Shown here piece by piece: positions 23,177 through 32,000 of a DNA stretch of 32,000 bases (the stretch's first letter is position 1; every line of letters begins with the position of its first letter). The stretch is taken from the sequence record CP166271.1. One strand, given 5' to 3'. The position numbers were made by a program, and so were the translations under genes. The notes below the pieces were generated by a model. That model ran no database searches, was not told where the DNA came from, and saw only the letters and a list, made by a program, of their open reading frames with translations.

Positions 23177-23445
23177 TTACCAAATAAATCCTCATTCTAT
23201 ATTTATACCACCTGAGTATAAATATTTACAAAAAGCAGCTAAAATACATGTAATAATTGCGCTTAATAATTTAGCCAAGGTAAAAGAATAAAGTATTTTT
23301 TTAACTAAATTTATAATAGCATTAGTAATTTCTTTATATTTATTTAGTATAGGATTAAATAGCCTTGAGTAGTCTATATATTTAAACAAGAATCTTAGAT
23401 TCTGTATTTTTTTAAAATTTTTATTATATAATATTTCATCATCAT
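23177..23445 (-). CDS. Unidentified short ORF (about 89 codons if one base is restored in an A7 run), one predicted hydrophobic helix
   Basis: ATGATGATG at 23437..23445 gives MMMKYYIIKILKK... After a 1 nt shift in the run near 23408..23414 it joins ORF 23192..23389: ...FKYIDYSRLFNPILNKYKEITNAIINLVKKILYSFTLAKLLSAIITCILAAFCKYLYSGGINIE. It then continues through TGA=Trp to ..WGFIW* (TAA at 23177..23179). It starts about 28 nt after the atp9 stop. Confidence 0.4.
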
Positions 23446-23472
23446 TTATTATTAAACCTCAATCTTTTAATA

Positions 23473-23709
<237 letters not shown>

Positions 23710-23902
23710 TTAAAAAAAACTATTATTAATAAAAATAATAAATTCGATAATAAAAAAAAATACTACCTCATTAAAAAAAAACATAAAGATATTAAAAATT
23801 TTTTTTAATATCTTTTATATAATAAAACTTAATAAGTTATATATTTATTAAATAATAAGAAATCTACTCATTAAATAATAGGTGTATAAAATATAATAGC
23901 TT

Positions 23903-23975
23903 AGCCGGGGGAGAAATTTGAATTCTCATTATTAATGCATGAAATTAATGTTTTAACCAATTAAACTACCCTGGC
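23903..23975 (-). tRNA. trnM: tRNA with CAU anticodon (Met or lysidine-Ile type)
   Basis: Acceptor GCCAGGG/CCCCGGC (one mismatch), anticodon stem TTAAT/ATTAA with loop TTCATGC, T arm GAGAA-TTCAAAT-TTCTC. Confidence 0.82.
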
Positions 23976-23988
23976 TTAAATTATGATG

Positions 23989-24061
23989 GGAGAATACCCT
24001 GATTTGAACAGAGAACATACTGTGCCACATACAGTCACTCTACCATTGAGCTATATTCACC
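23989..24061 (-). tRNA. trnH: tRNA-His (GUG) with encoded G-1
   Basis: An 8 bp acceptor includes G-1:C73. Anticodon stem ACTGT/ACAGT with loop ATGTGGC, T-loop TTCAAAT. Confidence 0.87.
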
Positions 24062-24100
24062 TTAATCTTTAATAATACCACTATAAAAAAGCAAATGTAT

Positions 24101-24173
24101 TTATGTTGGAGTGAGTCGAACACCCAATGGTAAATACCAAAAATTTATGACTTACCGATTAGTCCACAACATA
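24101..24173 (-). tRNA. trnQ: tRNA-Gln (UUG)
   Basis: Acceptor TATGTTG/CAACATA, D arm GACT/AGTC, anticodon stem TAAAT/ATTTA with loop TTTTGGT, T arm GGGTG-TTCGACT-CACTC. Confidence 0.87.
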
Positions 24174-24209
24174 TATTTATGCCATACAATATTAATAATA
24201 CAAACAATT

Positions 24210-24297
24210 TAAGGTAAATCCGACTTGAACGGATAAAATTATAAAAAAATCAAATAGTCCTAAGCTATTCATGTCTACCAAATTCCATCACTACCTT
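24210..24297 (-). tRNA. trnL: tRNA-Leu (UAG), long variable arm
   Basis: Acceptor AAGGTAG/TTACCTT, anticodon stem AATAG/CTATT with loop CTTAGGA, T arm ATCCG-TTCAAGT-CGGAT. Confidence 0.85.
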
Positions 24298-24300
24298 AAT

Positions 24301-24373
24301 TGCTCGAAATAAGATTTGAACTTATAACCTAAACACCTTCAAAGTTTCGCTCTACCAATTGAGCTATTCGAGC
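24301..24373 (-). tRNA. trnF: tRNA-Phe (GAA)
   Basis: Acceptor GCTCGAA/TTCGAGC, anticodon loop TTGAAGG, T-loop TTCAAAT. Confidence 0.87.
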
Positions 24374-24406
24374 CTATTTATATAATAACATATATAACTA
24401 TATATA

Positions 24407-24478
24407 TGGAGATAGCAGGACTCGAACCTGAGATAACAATATGCAAAATTGCAGTTTTACCAATTAAACTATATCCCC
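24407..24478 (-). tRNA. trnA: tRNA-Ala (UGC)
   Basis: Acceptor GGGGATA/TATCTCC, anticodon stem GCAAT/ATTGT with loop TTTGCAT, T arm TCAGG-TTCGAGT-CCTGC. Confidence 0.88.
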
Positions 24479-24498
24479 TATATTCTATATTATTATAA

Positions 24499-24580
24499 TA
24501 TCCGAGAGAGGACTTGAACCTCTACGACGTAAGTCAACGAAGCTTAAGTTCGTCCTGTCTACCAATTCCAGCACTCGGAT
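24499..24580 (-). tRNA. trnL: tRNA-Leu (UAA), long variable arm
   Basis: Acceptor ATCCGAG/CTCGGAT, anticodon stem ACGAA/TTCGT with loop CTTAAGC, T arm AGAGG-TTCAAGT-CCTCT. Confidence 0.9.
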
Positions 24581-24600
24581 CATATATATAAAATAAATAA

Positions 24601-24674
24601 TAAGGCCAGAGTGAATTGAACACTCATCTCAGCTGTCATGAGCAGCTTGCTTTACCAAATTAAGCTATAACCTT
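24601..24674 (-). tRNA. trnM: tRNA with CAU anticodon (Met, elongator-like)
   Basis: Acceptor AAGGTTA/TGGCCTT, anticodon stem AGCTG/CAGCT with loop CTCATGA, T arm GAGTG-TTCAATT-CACTC. Confidence 0.85.
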
Positions 24675-24695
24675 ATATAAAATATATTATATATA

Positions 24696-24767
24696 ATGCG
24701 GATAAAGGATTTGCACCCTTATATATTGATCATGAGCCAATTATGTTACTAATTACATCAACCCGCT
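24696..24767 (-). tRNA. trnM: tRNA with CAU anticodon (initiator-like; mismatched 1:72 pair)
   Basis: Acceptor AGCGGGT/ATCCGCA with an A:A at position 1:72, anticodon stem ATTGG/TCAAT with loop CTCATGA, T arm AAGGG-TGCAAAT-CCTTT. Confidence 0.8.
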
Positions 24768-24810
24768 TTAAATTTACTTGTGTAAATAAAAAATTTATTT
24801 AATGTATTCA

Positions 24811-24883
24811 TAGCTCCAAAGGGGATCGAACCCTTGCATGTGATGATGAAAACATCACGTCTTAACCACTTGACTATGAAGCC
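24811..24883 (-). tRNA. trnE: tRNA-Glu (UUC)
   Basis: Acceptor GGCTTCA/TGGAGCT, anticodon stem TGATG/CATCA with loop TTTTCAT, T arm AAGGG-TTCGATC-CCCTT. Confidence 0.87.
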
Positions 24884-24904
24884 TAATATATAATAAAAAT
24901 GTAA

Positions 24905-24975
24905 AGTCCAGTGCAAGTATCGCACTTGCTTCAGCTGGTTACAAAACAGCTGCATTACTTTTATGCTAACCAGAC
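24905..24975 (-). tRNA. trnT: tRNA-Thr (UGU)
   Basis: Acceptor GTCTGGT/ACTGGAC, D arm GCAT/ATGC, anticodon loop TTTGTAA (the closing pair is mismatched), T arm GCAAG-TGCGATA-CTTGC. Confidence 0.82.
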
Positions 24976-25149
24976 TAATGGTTAAAGTATATGTAGCCAC
25001 TTATATACTAAAATAATATTATATTATAATATAATATTATTATAATGTTTAGATATCAAAAGGGCTTAGTTATATATAAAATTAGTACTTTATACCTAAA
25101 AAAATTAAAAATATTTCAGTTAAAGCCTATTCATTTTTTAGCTTATAAA

Positions 25150-25604
25150 AAATTTTTATAAACATAAAAACCAATCGTAGTATTATGCTACGTATATTTA
25201 AGAATATAATAAAGTAAACTTCGTGCCTATATGCTTTCAGCACTTATTTTTAACTAACTTAGCATTCCTGCCGTGCCTATGCTATAAATTTACTAAAGTG
25301 ATAGTAACATCCTTGTATAATAAATTATACATAAATTAATATAGGGCACATAAACAACAGGTAAACCATAGGTTAATATACCCAGCTCCTTTCGTACGAG
25401 GGGAATATCCTTATTTTATTCTAATTTCCTCTAGAAGATAGAAACCATACTGTCTTACGACGTATTTAACCCAGCTCGTGTAACTTATTAATCGACGAAC
25501 AGTCGAACCCTTCATGATTCCTGCATTCATGTGGATAAGTTAAGCCGACATCGAGGTGCCAAACTGCGCACTCAATTTGTACTTCCTGGCGCAATTAGCC
25601 TGTT
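25150..25604 (-). rRNA. rnl: Large subunit rRNA (rnl), exon 2 (domain V 3' part and domain VI); 3' end approximate
   Basis: The reverse complement starts AACAGGCTAATTGCGCC...GCAGTTTGGCACCTCGATGTCGGCTTAAC...GGGTTCGACTGTTCGTCGATTAATAAGTTACACGAGCTGGGTTAAATACGTCGTAAGACAG, the peptidyl transferase region. It then has a sarcin-ricin-like GTACGAAAGGAG and AAGTGCTGAAAGCATATAGGCACGAAG near 25210..25240. Confidence 0.88.
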
Positions 25605-28042
25605 CATTCATATTGATAAAAAATCTTTGGATTTTTTATATATCCATTTTTCACAAAATGGTTCAGACTATGTCTTAATATACTCAAAGAAATAATAAAC
25701 CCAAAACGAAAATTATGTAATTTTTACTTTTCTAGTTCTACTAGCTATTCAACCTTTAACACCAAAAGCTCCATTACGACCATTAGAATTTATATTAGAA
25801 TATTCTAGATTCGATTTTTTATCTCCTCTTAACATTGTAGTCGATAATCCTTTAAAAGAAGATACAGGATTTTTTAAACCTCCTTTGTATATCATCTTAA
25901 AAACAGATCTAGAAGCAGTACGACGTCTTGTTAATCGTCCTTTAGCTTCTACTCTAACACCTCGTAATTTATTTTGATTTAATCTACCTAAAACATAGTT
26001 AATTGTAAATACATCATATGCTTCTATTAAAGCTTCTCTTGCCTTTCTTATATTAATATATTTAAAACTTCTTTTACTAAAGATTTTTTTGCTTCTAAAT
26101 CATTCAGCAATATCCGTTGTATTAAAATATTCTAGTATTAGTCTATTTAAGGGATCTTCAAAATTTCGCTCAAACATAAGATTTTTTTTCATTTATAGTT
26201 AATAGTTTTTTATAATAAGCAAATCTATAAAATCTATTGTTATACATTTTGCTAATCATTAAATTTATAAGATTATTTTTAATATTATTAGCTTTTATTT
26301 TCCTGTTATTATATTCAGTTATTTTTATGTTCTTACGAACAGATCTAAGACTAATTTTTTTTAAAAATGTTTTTAAAACTCTATAGAGTTTATTTTTTCT
26401 ATTTCTTAATTTCAAAGATATAATTTGTGTATAAATATCACTACTATTATGCAATTTTTTCAAATTAACAATATTAAATACTACTTTTTTACGGTATAGG
26501 TTTTCTATCAAAGGTATAAATTTATATAAGAAAGAATATTTATATTTTTGTTTATTGAAACTTATTAATTTGTTATATATTTTTAATTTTCGCATAAACG
26601 CTTTATAGGCTAATTTTTTATAATTACTATAACTAGGATAATAGAAACTATTAATACTTTTATTAATAGTATTCAAGATACTTAATTTTTCTTTGCTATC
26701 TAATATAAGATAATTATTTACATTTAATACTCTATTTATTTTTTTCATTTCTTTATTGTATTTTTTAGTTAACACTCTTAAATGTCTTTTATATAATAAA
26801 ATTAATAAGCGACCACTTAAAGATTCATATATATTATAACTTCTTTTGTTTCTTAGTTTTTTATTAAGAGTCTTTCTAGTTAATCATCTTTTAAATCGTC
26901 TATTTGGGTAAAATAATCTTTTTTTTCTATATTATATTTACTAGATAAATACATAGTTTTTGCGTTATATACAAAAAAGTTATTACCACCTTATCATTAG
27001 TATGTTTTATATTACCTTTTCCCACAAAAATTTTCTTTGTATATAAAATCTTAGTTTTTTTATTTCTACGTCTTTTTCAGGCAGTTTTGTTAAATTCTTT
27101 ATTTTACGTGTTTTTCATCTTCTAGCTGATCTAGATTTATTTTTGAAACGTTTTTTTCTAAAGAATAATATTGCTTTATCTGCTTTTTCATTTTCTATGG
27201 ACAAGTCTGTTTTTTCTAGTGATTTATCCTTATTATCTATGTATTGGTTTAAATGTGAATCATATTTATATTTTTTATAGACAATGATATAAATTTATTA
27301 CTTAGATTTTTTTTTTTTAAGAATAGTTTATAGATTCTTTTATTTCTATTTTCTTTAACAGACGATAATTTAAAAAAATCATTTAAACGTTTTTTAATTG
27401 TTAATAAGATAGCTTTTTTATTGCTTTTTTTGTAAATAAAACTATAGATTTTTTTAGTATGATTTTTTCTTTTATTTATTTTTTTGATTAAAATAACTTT
27501 TTAATAATTTCATTAAATTAATATCTGCCGTAGGTAATGTTTTAATATAATAGTTATTGTAAGTATATACACTATTATATCACTCTTGAGCTGCAGGTGT
27601 AAAGTGGCGAGTTATTCCTCTGTTTTCTTTTATATACTTAAGGGGTTTACTTACTATGATATTTATTTTTTTATTAAATAAAGAAGGTATATTTATTTCT
27701 TTTAAGCTAATATTAGAATCATTAGGAAAACTTTTTTTAAATTTTTAAGAATAATACATAAAAAAGATGTTTAAATACTTAATCTTTTCAGCTTAATTCA
27801 GTCTATTTCATTAATATTAATATATTAATTGTTAATTTATTGTTTTATTTCTTTGAGTATATCTGAGGAGTTATAGGATTATTGCATATAATGCTCACCG
27901 TTAGTCGTTGAACGTTTTTACTTTTAAAGTAAACTTCGCTTCAAGTAAACTTACTTTAAAAGTCTTTCTTGAAATTTACCTCATTATTATAATTATGTAT
28001 TCGAAAGCTTTATGCTTTTACTAATTAAAGGAACAAAATTTT
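25605..28042 (-). other. Group I intron in rnl at the E. coli 2449/2450-equivalent site, hosting rps3
   Basis: The upstream exon ends ...GCTACGCTAGGGAT (28043) and the downstream exon begins AACAGGCTAAT (25604). Together they restore the universal GGGATAACAGGC. On the minus strand the last intron base is G (25605) and the last 5' exon base is U. This is the site that carries the rps3-containing intron in many Pezizomycotina. Confidence 0.85.
25713..27759 (-). CDS. rps3: Ribosomal protein S3 (intron-encoded, Lys/Asn-rich); several apparent homopolymer frameshifts
   Basis: N-terminal block: ...RGITRHFTPAAQEWYNSVYTYNNYYIKTLPTADINLMKLLKSYFN (around 27520..27650). C-terminal block: MFERNFEDPLNRLILEYFNTTDIAEWFRSKKIF...LGRLNQNKLRGVRVEAKGRLTRRRTASRSVFKMIYKGGLKN...GAFGVKGWIASRTRKVKIT* (TAA at 25713..25715). 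ORF 26170..26775 is the middle part. The frames are offset at A/T runs of 7-8 nt, for example around 26183..26190 and around 26923..26930. Confidence 0.85.
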
Positions 28043-30558
28043 ATCCCTAGCGTAGCTTTTTCAAAAACCCAAGACCTTTCCTTTCCGCATCTTGTGATCA
28101 TATGCCCCGCTTACGCGACTGATAGATGTGTAAATCAAACAGTAAAGCAAGATTATGCCATTAAACTTGAGAAGTAATAAACATAATTATATTATTTGTG
28201 TCTTTTCACTTACTTATACATTATATAAATATACAAATAATATAATTAAAAATAAGACTAAAATATTCTTATTTTTAATTACATCTATTTACAATATAGA
28301 TAAAATCTTACTTGCATTAAAAAAAAATTAAATTCTAACTTAATAGATATATACGTGAATTAGTTATAACTTTAGTTATACCAAATAACAAACTAAAAAA
28401 AATAGACTATAGTCTATTTTTATATATCATAATTAAATCATAACAATTTTACAAAATTAACTTTGGATACACCCAGGTACTTTTTATGGGATCTGTGCCC
28501 CGCATAAACTGTCTCCTAACAATTGTTCCTTAAAAAAAAAAGGTAATTAATATGAAATACTTTTTAAAGGTGTTTCAATTCTGTTAACACTACCTTATAC
28601 ACTAAAAAATCGTACTTCATATTCAATAACAAGTAACAGTAAAGCTGCATAGGGTCTTCTCGTCTAACTAGAGGTAAACTGTATCTGCACAGTTATTCCA
28701 ATTTCACTGAGCCAATCATTGAGACAGCTGTTGTATCGTTAAATCATTCATGCAAGACCGCATTTAACGGCCAAGGTATTCCGCTACCTTAGGACCCTCA
28801 TAGGTAAGGCCGCCATTGATCGGGGTTTCCTTCAAAACCAAGCTTAAAATAAACTAAGCAAATCCGTTAACCAGCCGACATTGGGCAGAAATCACACTCA
28901 ATACTTTGATTTATTATCTTACTGCAGAGTGCTTTGTTTTAATTAAACAGTCGTACAACACTATTCCATGCTTCCTTTTCTTTACTTGATATTAATCAAG
29001 AGGAATGGCTCTCCTTATCCCGAAGTTACGGTAGTTAGTTTGCCGAGTTCCTTAATGATTGTTCACTCAAACGCCTTCGTATTCTCTACTAGCTTACTTG
29101 TGGTAGTTTTTAGGTACGGTTTTTCTAAGCTTTATATTTCTCATCTTTTTAGTTTGTTAAAATATAAAGTATTATAACAGTTTTTCCAGAACCTTCCTCA
29201 CTAATTATTATATATTTTAATATATGTTAATAAAAAAAATATATAATAAGGAAGGTTGTTACTTGTAATTAAGATTTTCTCATCGTTTAATCCTTTAGGT
29301 TGGTAAACTTAGAGGCCGTTACTTTATAAAATCCATAAGCTTTAGGCGAGGGTATTTACCCTTTTCCGTTACTCATGTCAGCATTCTCACTTGGGTTATC
29401 TAATATTTATTCTTAAAAAAATAAGTCTAAGATTTACCCAACGTTCTGCTACCCCATTAAATATAAATGTTTTGTCTTATATTTCTGCTTGCGCTAGAGT
29501 TTATTACATATATATTAATATATGTAATACTAATATGTTTATATTTTAATGGACAAGGTGTCGGTATATTGTTTAGATCCGTTAAATCTTCGGTGCTACT
29601 ACTACTGTATATGTTAATATACTAAACCAGTGCTCTGTTACGAGATCTTCAAAAAATGGACCGCTTCTAAGCCAATTTCCTGGCCGTATTTTATAGAAAC
29701 ATCCTTAATTTCACTTAACAATAATTTTGGAACCTTAACTCTTGTTCTGGGCTGTTTCCCTTTAGACATACAACCTTATCGTACTATGTCCGATTATTCA
29801 AAATTCATCATTGCCCTTTCGAGTGCGAATACTCACCGATAAAATCTTCACGATTGCCCGATATATGCAAAATTATTAATAAAGTTGCCTGAGATCACAG
29901 TTCTGTACCTGCTATGATGTAATTTGAATTACCTACTTTTATAGGTTTCGCAGAAAACCAGCTATCCTAGTCAGTGTTGTCTTTCACTAACTTACCACAG
30001 TTCATCGGATATCTCTACAACGATATGCCGTTCGGGCTTTTATAACCCTGACTGTAGTAAGATCACCAGGCTTCGGGTCTAATTTTAGATACTAATTCAT
30101 TTTTTCATAATTGGTTTATCTGGGCATATATGCTCGCATCTAATATTAACTCGCTGACCCATTATGCAAAAGGTACGCTATCACTTTTTATTTAAATAAA
30201 GCTAAAGCTGCTTATAAGACTACTATTTTAACCTTTCCCTCACGGTACTATACGCTATCGCTTATATATTATATTTAGCCTTAGAGGAAGGTTCCCCTTA
30301 TTTTTCAAACAGGTTATGCCCGTTCTACTTGATTTAATAAAAATTAAAAAATATTTATTTTTAAATATTTTTATATAGGCTTTTCTATTTTAATTCTCAC
30401 TAATCATAGAATCTCGTTTGATTTCTTTTCCTAAAGTTACTAAGATATTTCAATTCACTTCGTTAATTATTTAATTTCTCTAAGAGATAATGTGTACGCT
30501 TATCTAAAAACACAATTTAAACACAAATAATACAGTGCTCTCTTTAATATATAGCTAG
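28043..30558 (-). rRNA. rnl: Large subunit rRNA (rnl), exon 1, complete copy; 5' end approximate
   Basis: Same sequence as 1..2450 plus the unique last 67 nt (28043..28109), ending in GGGAT at the intron insertion site. It contains 23S-like blocks throughout. Confidence 0.88.
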
Positions 30559-30673
30559 GAATCCATAATAGTCTCTTTATATACGTTACTGTTATAGTAA
30601 GTAAAATTTTTTATTCGATATCTAAAACATTACTGTACTTATTTTAGACTAGTTTTATACCAGTCTAAACTAT

Positions 30674-30746
30674 TCGGATTATTATGATTCGAACATAACA
30701 ATTCCTCAACCCAAATGAGGCGCCTAACCAACCTGGCTCTAATCCG
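30674..30746 (-). tRNA. trnP: tRNA-Pro (UGG), repeat copy of 2566..2638
   Basis: Identical sequence in repeat copy B. Confidence 0.88.
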
Positions 30747-30763
30747 TAGTAAAAAAAAAATAT

Positions 30764-30849
30764 CAGAGAATATCCGATTTGAACGGATGTGATCTATTAA
30801 ACCAAATAAGTTTCAAGCTTATCACCTTAAACCACTCGGTCAACTCTCT
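30764..30849 (-). tRNA. trnS: tRNA-Ser (UGA), repeat copy of 2653..2738
   Basis: Identical sequence in repeat copy B. Confidence 0.88.
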
Positions 30850-30896
30850 TTATATATTTATGAAATATTTAAAATATATATTTTAAATATATTCTA

Positions 30897-30968
30897 TGAT
30901 TCCTCAGAGACTTGAACTCAGAACATATTCTTATCAAAAATACGCTTTACCAATTAAGCTAAGGAACC
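30897..30968 (-). tRNA. trnI: tRNA-Ile (GAU), repeat copy of 2786..2857
   Basis: Identical sequence in repeat copy B. Confidence 0.85.
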
Positions 30969-31050
30969 TTATTAAGTCTTTGAATAAATATTTAAATTAA
31001 ATGAATATAGCTTAAATATATACATAAATTATATCATAATAAACACTCCT

Positions 31051-31122
31051 TAAGGAATAGGTGATTTGAACACCTAACCTACCGTGTGTAAAACGGTCGC
31101 TCTACCATTGAGCTAATTCCTT
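31051..31122 (-). tRNA. trnV: tRNA-Val (UAC), repeat copy of 2940..3011
   Basis: Identical sequence in repeat copy B. Confidence 0.88.
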
Positions 31123-31151
31123 TTTTATATTGATTAAGATATATATTTAAT

Positions 31152-31222
31152 CAAGAGTACTCAGATTTGAACTGAGAACATAAAGTTTGAAGCTTCAAGT
31201 TTTGCCATTAAACTATACTCTT
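31152..31222 (-). tRNA. trnW: tRNA-Trp (UCA), repeat copy of 3041..3111
   Basis: Identical sequence in repeat copy B. Confidence 0.9.
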
Positions 31223-31263
31223 ATTAAAGTTTACAATATTTATACGAATATATTATATGATAC

Positions 31264-31343
31264 CGGAAAAGAGATGATTCGAACATCCAGGTGCATAACA
31301 CAATATTTAGCAAATATCTCGCTTTACCAATAGCAACTTTTCC
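31264..31343 (-). tRNA. trnS: tRNA-Ser (GCU), repeat copy of 3153..3232
   Basis: Identical sequence in repeat copy B. Confidence 0.88.
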
Positions 31344-31393
31344 TATGCTTAAACCTTACTATAAAAACTTTTAACATGTATATATAATTTTAT

Positions 31394-31465
31394 TACGGTC
31401 AGCCGAATTCGAATCGACAAAAATCGTTTGGAAGACGACAAGTTTACCAATTAACCTATGACCGT
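31394..31465 (-). tRNA. trnG: tRNA-Gly (UCC), repeat copy of 3283..3354
   Basis: Identical sequence in repeat copy B. Confidence 0.9.
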
Positions 31466-31493
31466 TTTATTTATCTAGTTTTTTACTATACTT

Positions 31494-31565
31494 TAAGACC
31501 TGCGGGGTTTGAACCCGCATAACAAAGATTAAAAGTCTTGCATTTTACCATTAAACTAAGGTCTC
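31494..31565 (-). tRNA. trnK: tRNA-Lys (UUU), repeat copy of 3383..3454
   Basis: Identical sequence in repeat copy B. Confidence 0.85.
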
Positions 31566-31703
31566 TATAATGAAATAAATATTAAATATCTAAATTCATG
31601 CTAAGTATTTTATGCTTAGGCTATAATACAGAACAAAACTTAGTTTAATCAAAGGGAATTAAACCTGAATAATATATAATTAGTGCAATTAAAAACAAAT
31701 AAA

Positions 31704-32000
31704 TTAAGAACCCCAGTAGTAAATTGAAATGAATAAAAATAATCATACTACATCAACAAAATGTCAGTAAAGAATACCAGACTCTAAACCTAAATGATGA
31801 TTATCTGTTGAGTGATAGGCTAAAACACGTCAGAAACCCGTAGCAATAAATAGTGTTCCTATTATCACGTGTAATCCATGAAAACCTGTACCGAAATAGA
31901 AACATGATCCATAAGCTCCATCACTAATTGTGAATGAAGATACAGTATATTCTACACCTTGAAAAAGTGTAAACACAATAGCTAATATAATTGTAGCTAC
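31704..32000 (-). CDS. cox3: Cytochrome c oxidase subunit 3, 3' part only (repeat copy of 3593..3889, cut by the window end)
   Basis: Same sequence as 3593..3889, with TAA at 31704..31706. Confidence 0.9.

Larger units (their letters stand above)
28110..32000. repeat. Copy B of the long direct repeat (matches 1..3889), running to the window end
   Basis: See copy A. Differences seen include A8/A9, A9/A8, T4/T5, A9/A10, GG/G, T4/T3, T4/T5, CC/C, T5/T4, T4/T3, T4/T5, C3/C4, A7/A10 and one single G present only in copy A (near 149). Confidence 0.9.

Noticed and set aside
24758-25000. 80 aa minus-strand ORF (MATYTLTISLV...)
   Set aside because: It is fully occupied by trnT and trnE plus the 5' end of a trnM, all with good cloverleaves. 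The open frame is a by-product.
28968-29177. 69 aa plus-strand ORF (MLPFLYLILIKRNGSPYPEV...)
   Set aside because: It lies inside rnl exon 1 and antisense to it. The equivalent stretch in copy A (about 860..1070) is not even open, because of an indel. It is a chance ORF.

Overview
This window is an essentially complete, strongly AT-rich fungal mitochondrial genome of Pezizomycotina-type ascomycete organisation. All genes lie on the minus strand. Translation uses genetic code 4: in-frame TGA falls at conserved Trp positions, for example cox1 ...SLEWALNSPPKPHAF... and cox3 ...YWHFVDVVW..., and a tRNA-Trp with anticodon UCA is present.

Gene order in the direction of transcription (descending coordinates) is rnl exon 1, a group I intron carrying rps3, rnl exon 2, trnT-E-M-M-L-A-F-L-Q-H-M, atp9, two unidentified ORFs, trnC-R-R, nad1, atp6, a tRNA-like element, nad2, nad3, cox2, nad4L, nad5, a Tyr-like tRNA paralogue, cob, a tRNA-like element, cox1, rns, trnY, trnN, nad6, rnpB, a degenerate tRNA-like element, nad4, trnD, cox3 and trnK-G-S-W-V-I-S-P, then back to rnl.

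Positions 1..3889 repeat at 28110..32000, so the window is about 1.14 turns of a roughly 28.1 kb circular unit. The two copies differ only by small indels, almost all in homopolymers. At least nine conserved protein genes also carry single-base frameshifts in homopolymer runs. I read this as unpolished consensus error rather than biology, and it is the second reason (besides TGA=Trp) that the supplied standard-code ORF track is so fragmented.

I found no prokaryote-style defence or mobile system. The items most worth follow-up are:
- the unidentified, largely hydrophilic ORF pair downstream of atp9
- a small family of tRNA-like elements with truncated or remodelled anticodon arms at gene junctions
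- a mitochondrial RNase P RNA gene (rnpB)
- an unexplained, less AT-rich non-coding block next to rnpB
- the apparent absence of atp8

rRNA and rnpB ends are approximate. All homology statements come from reading conserved motifs by eye, not from searches.
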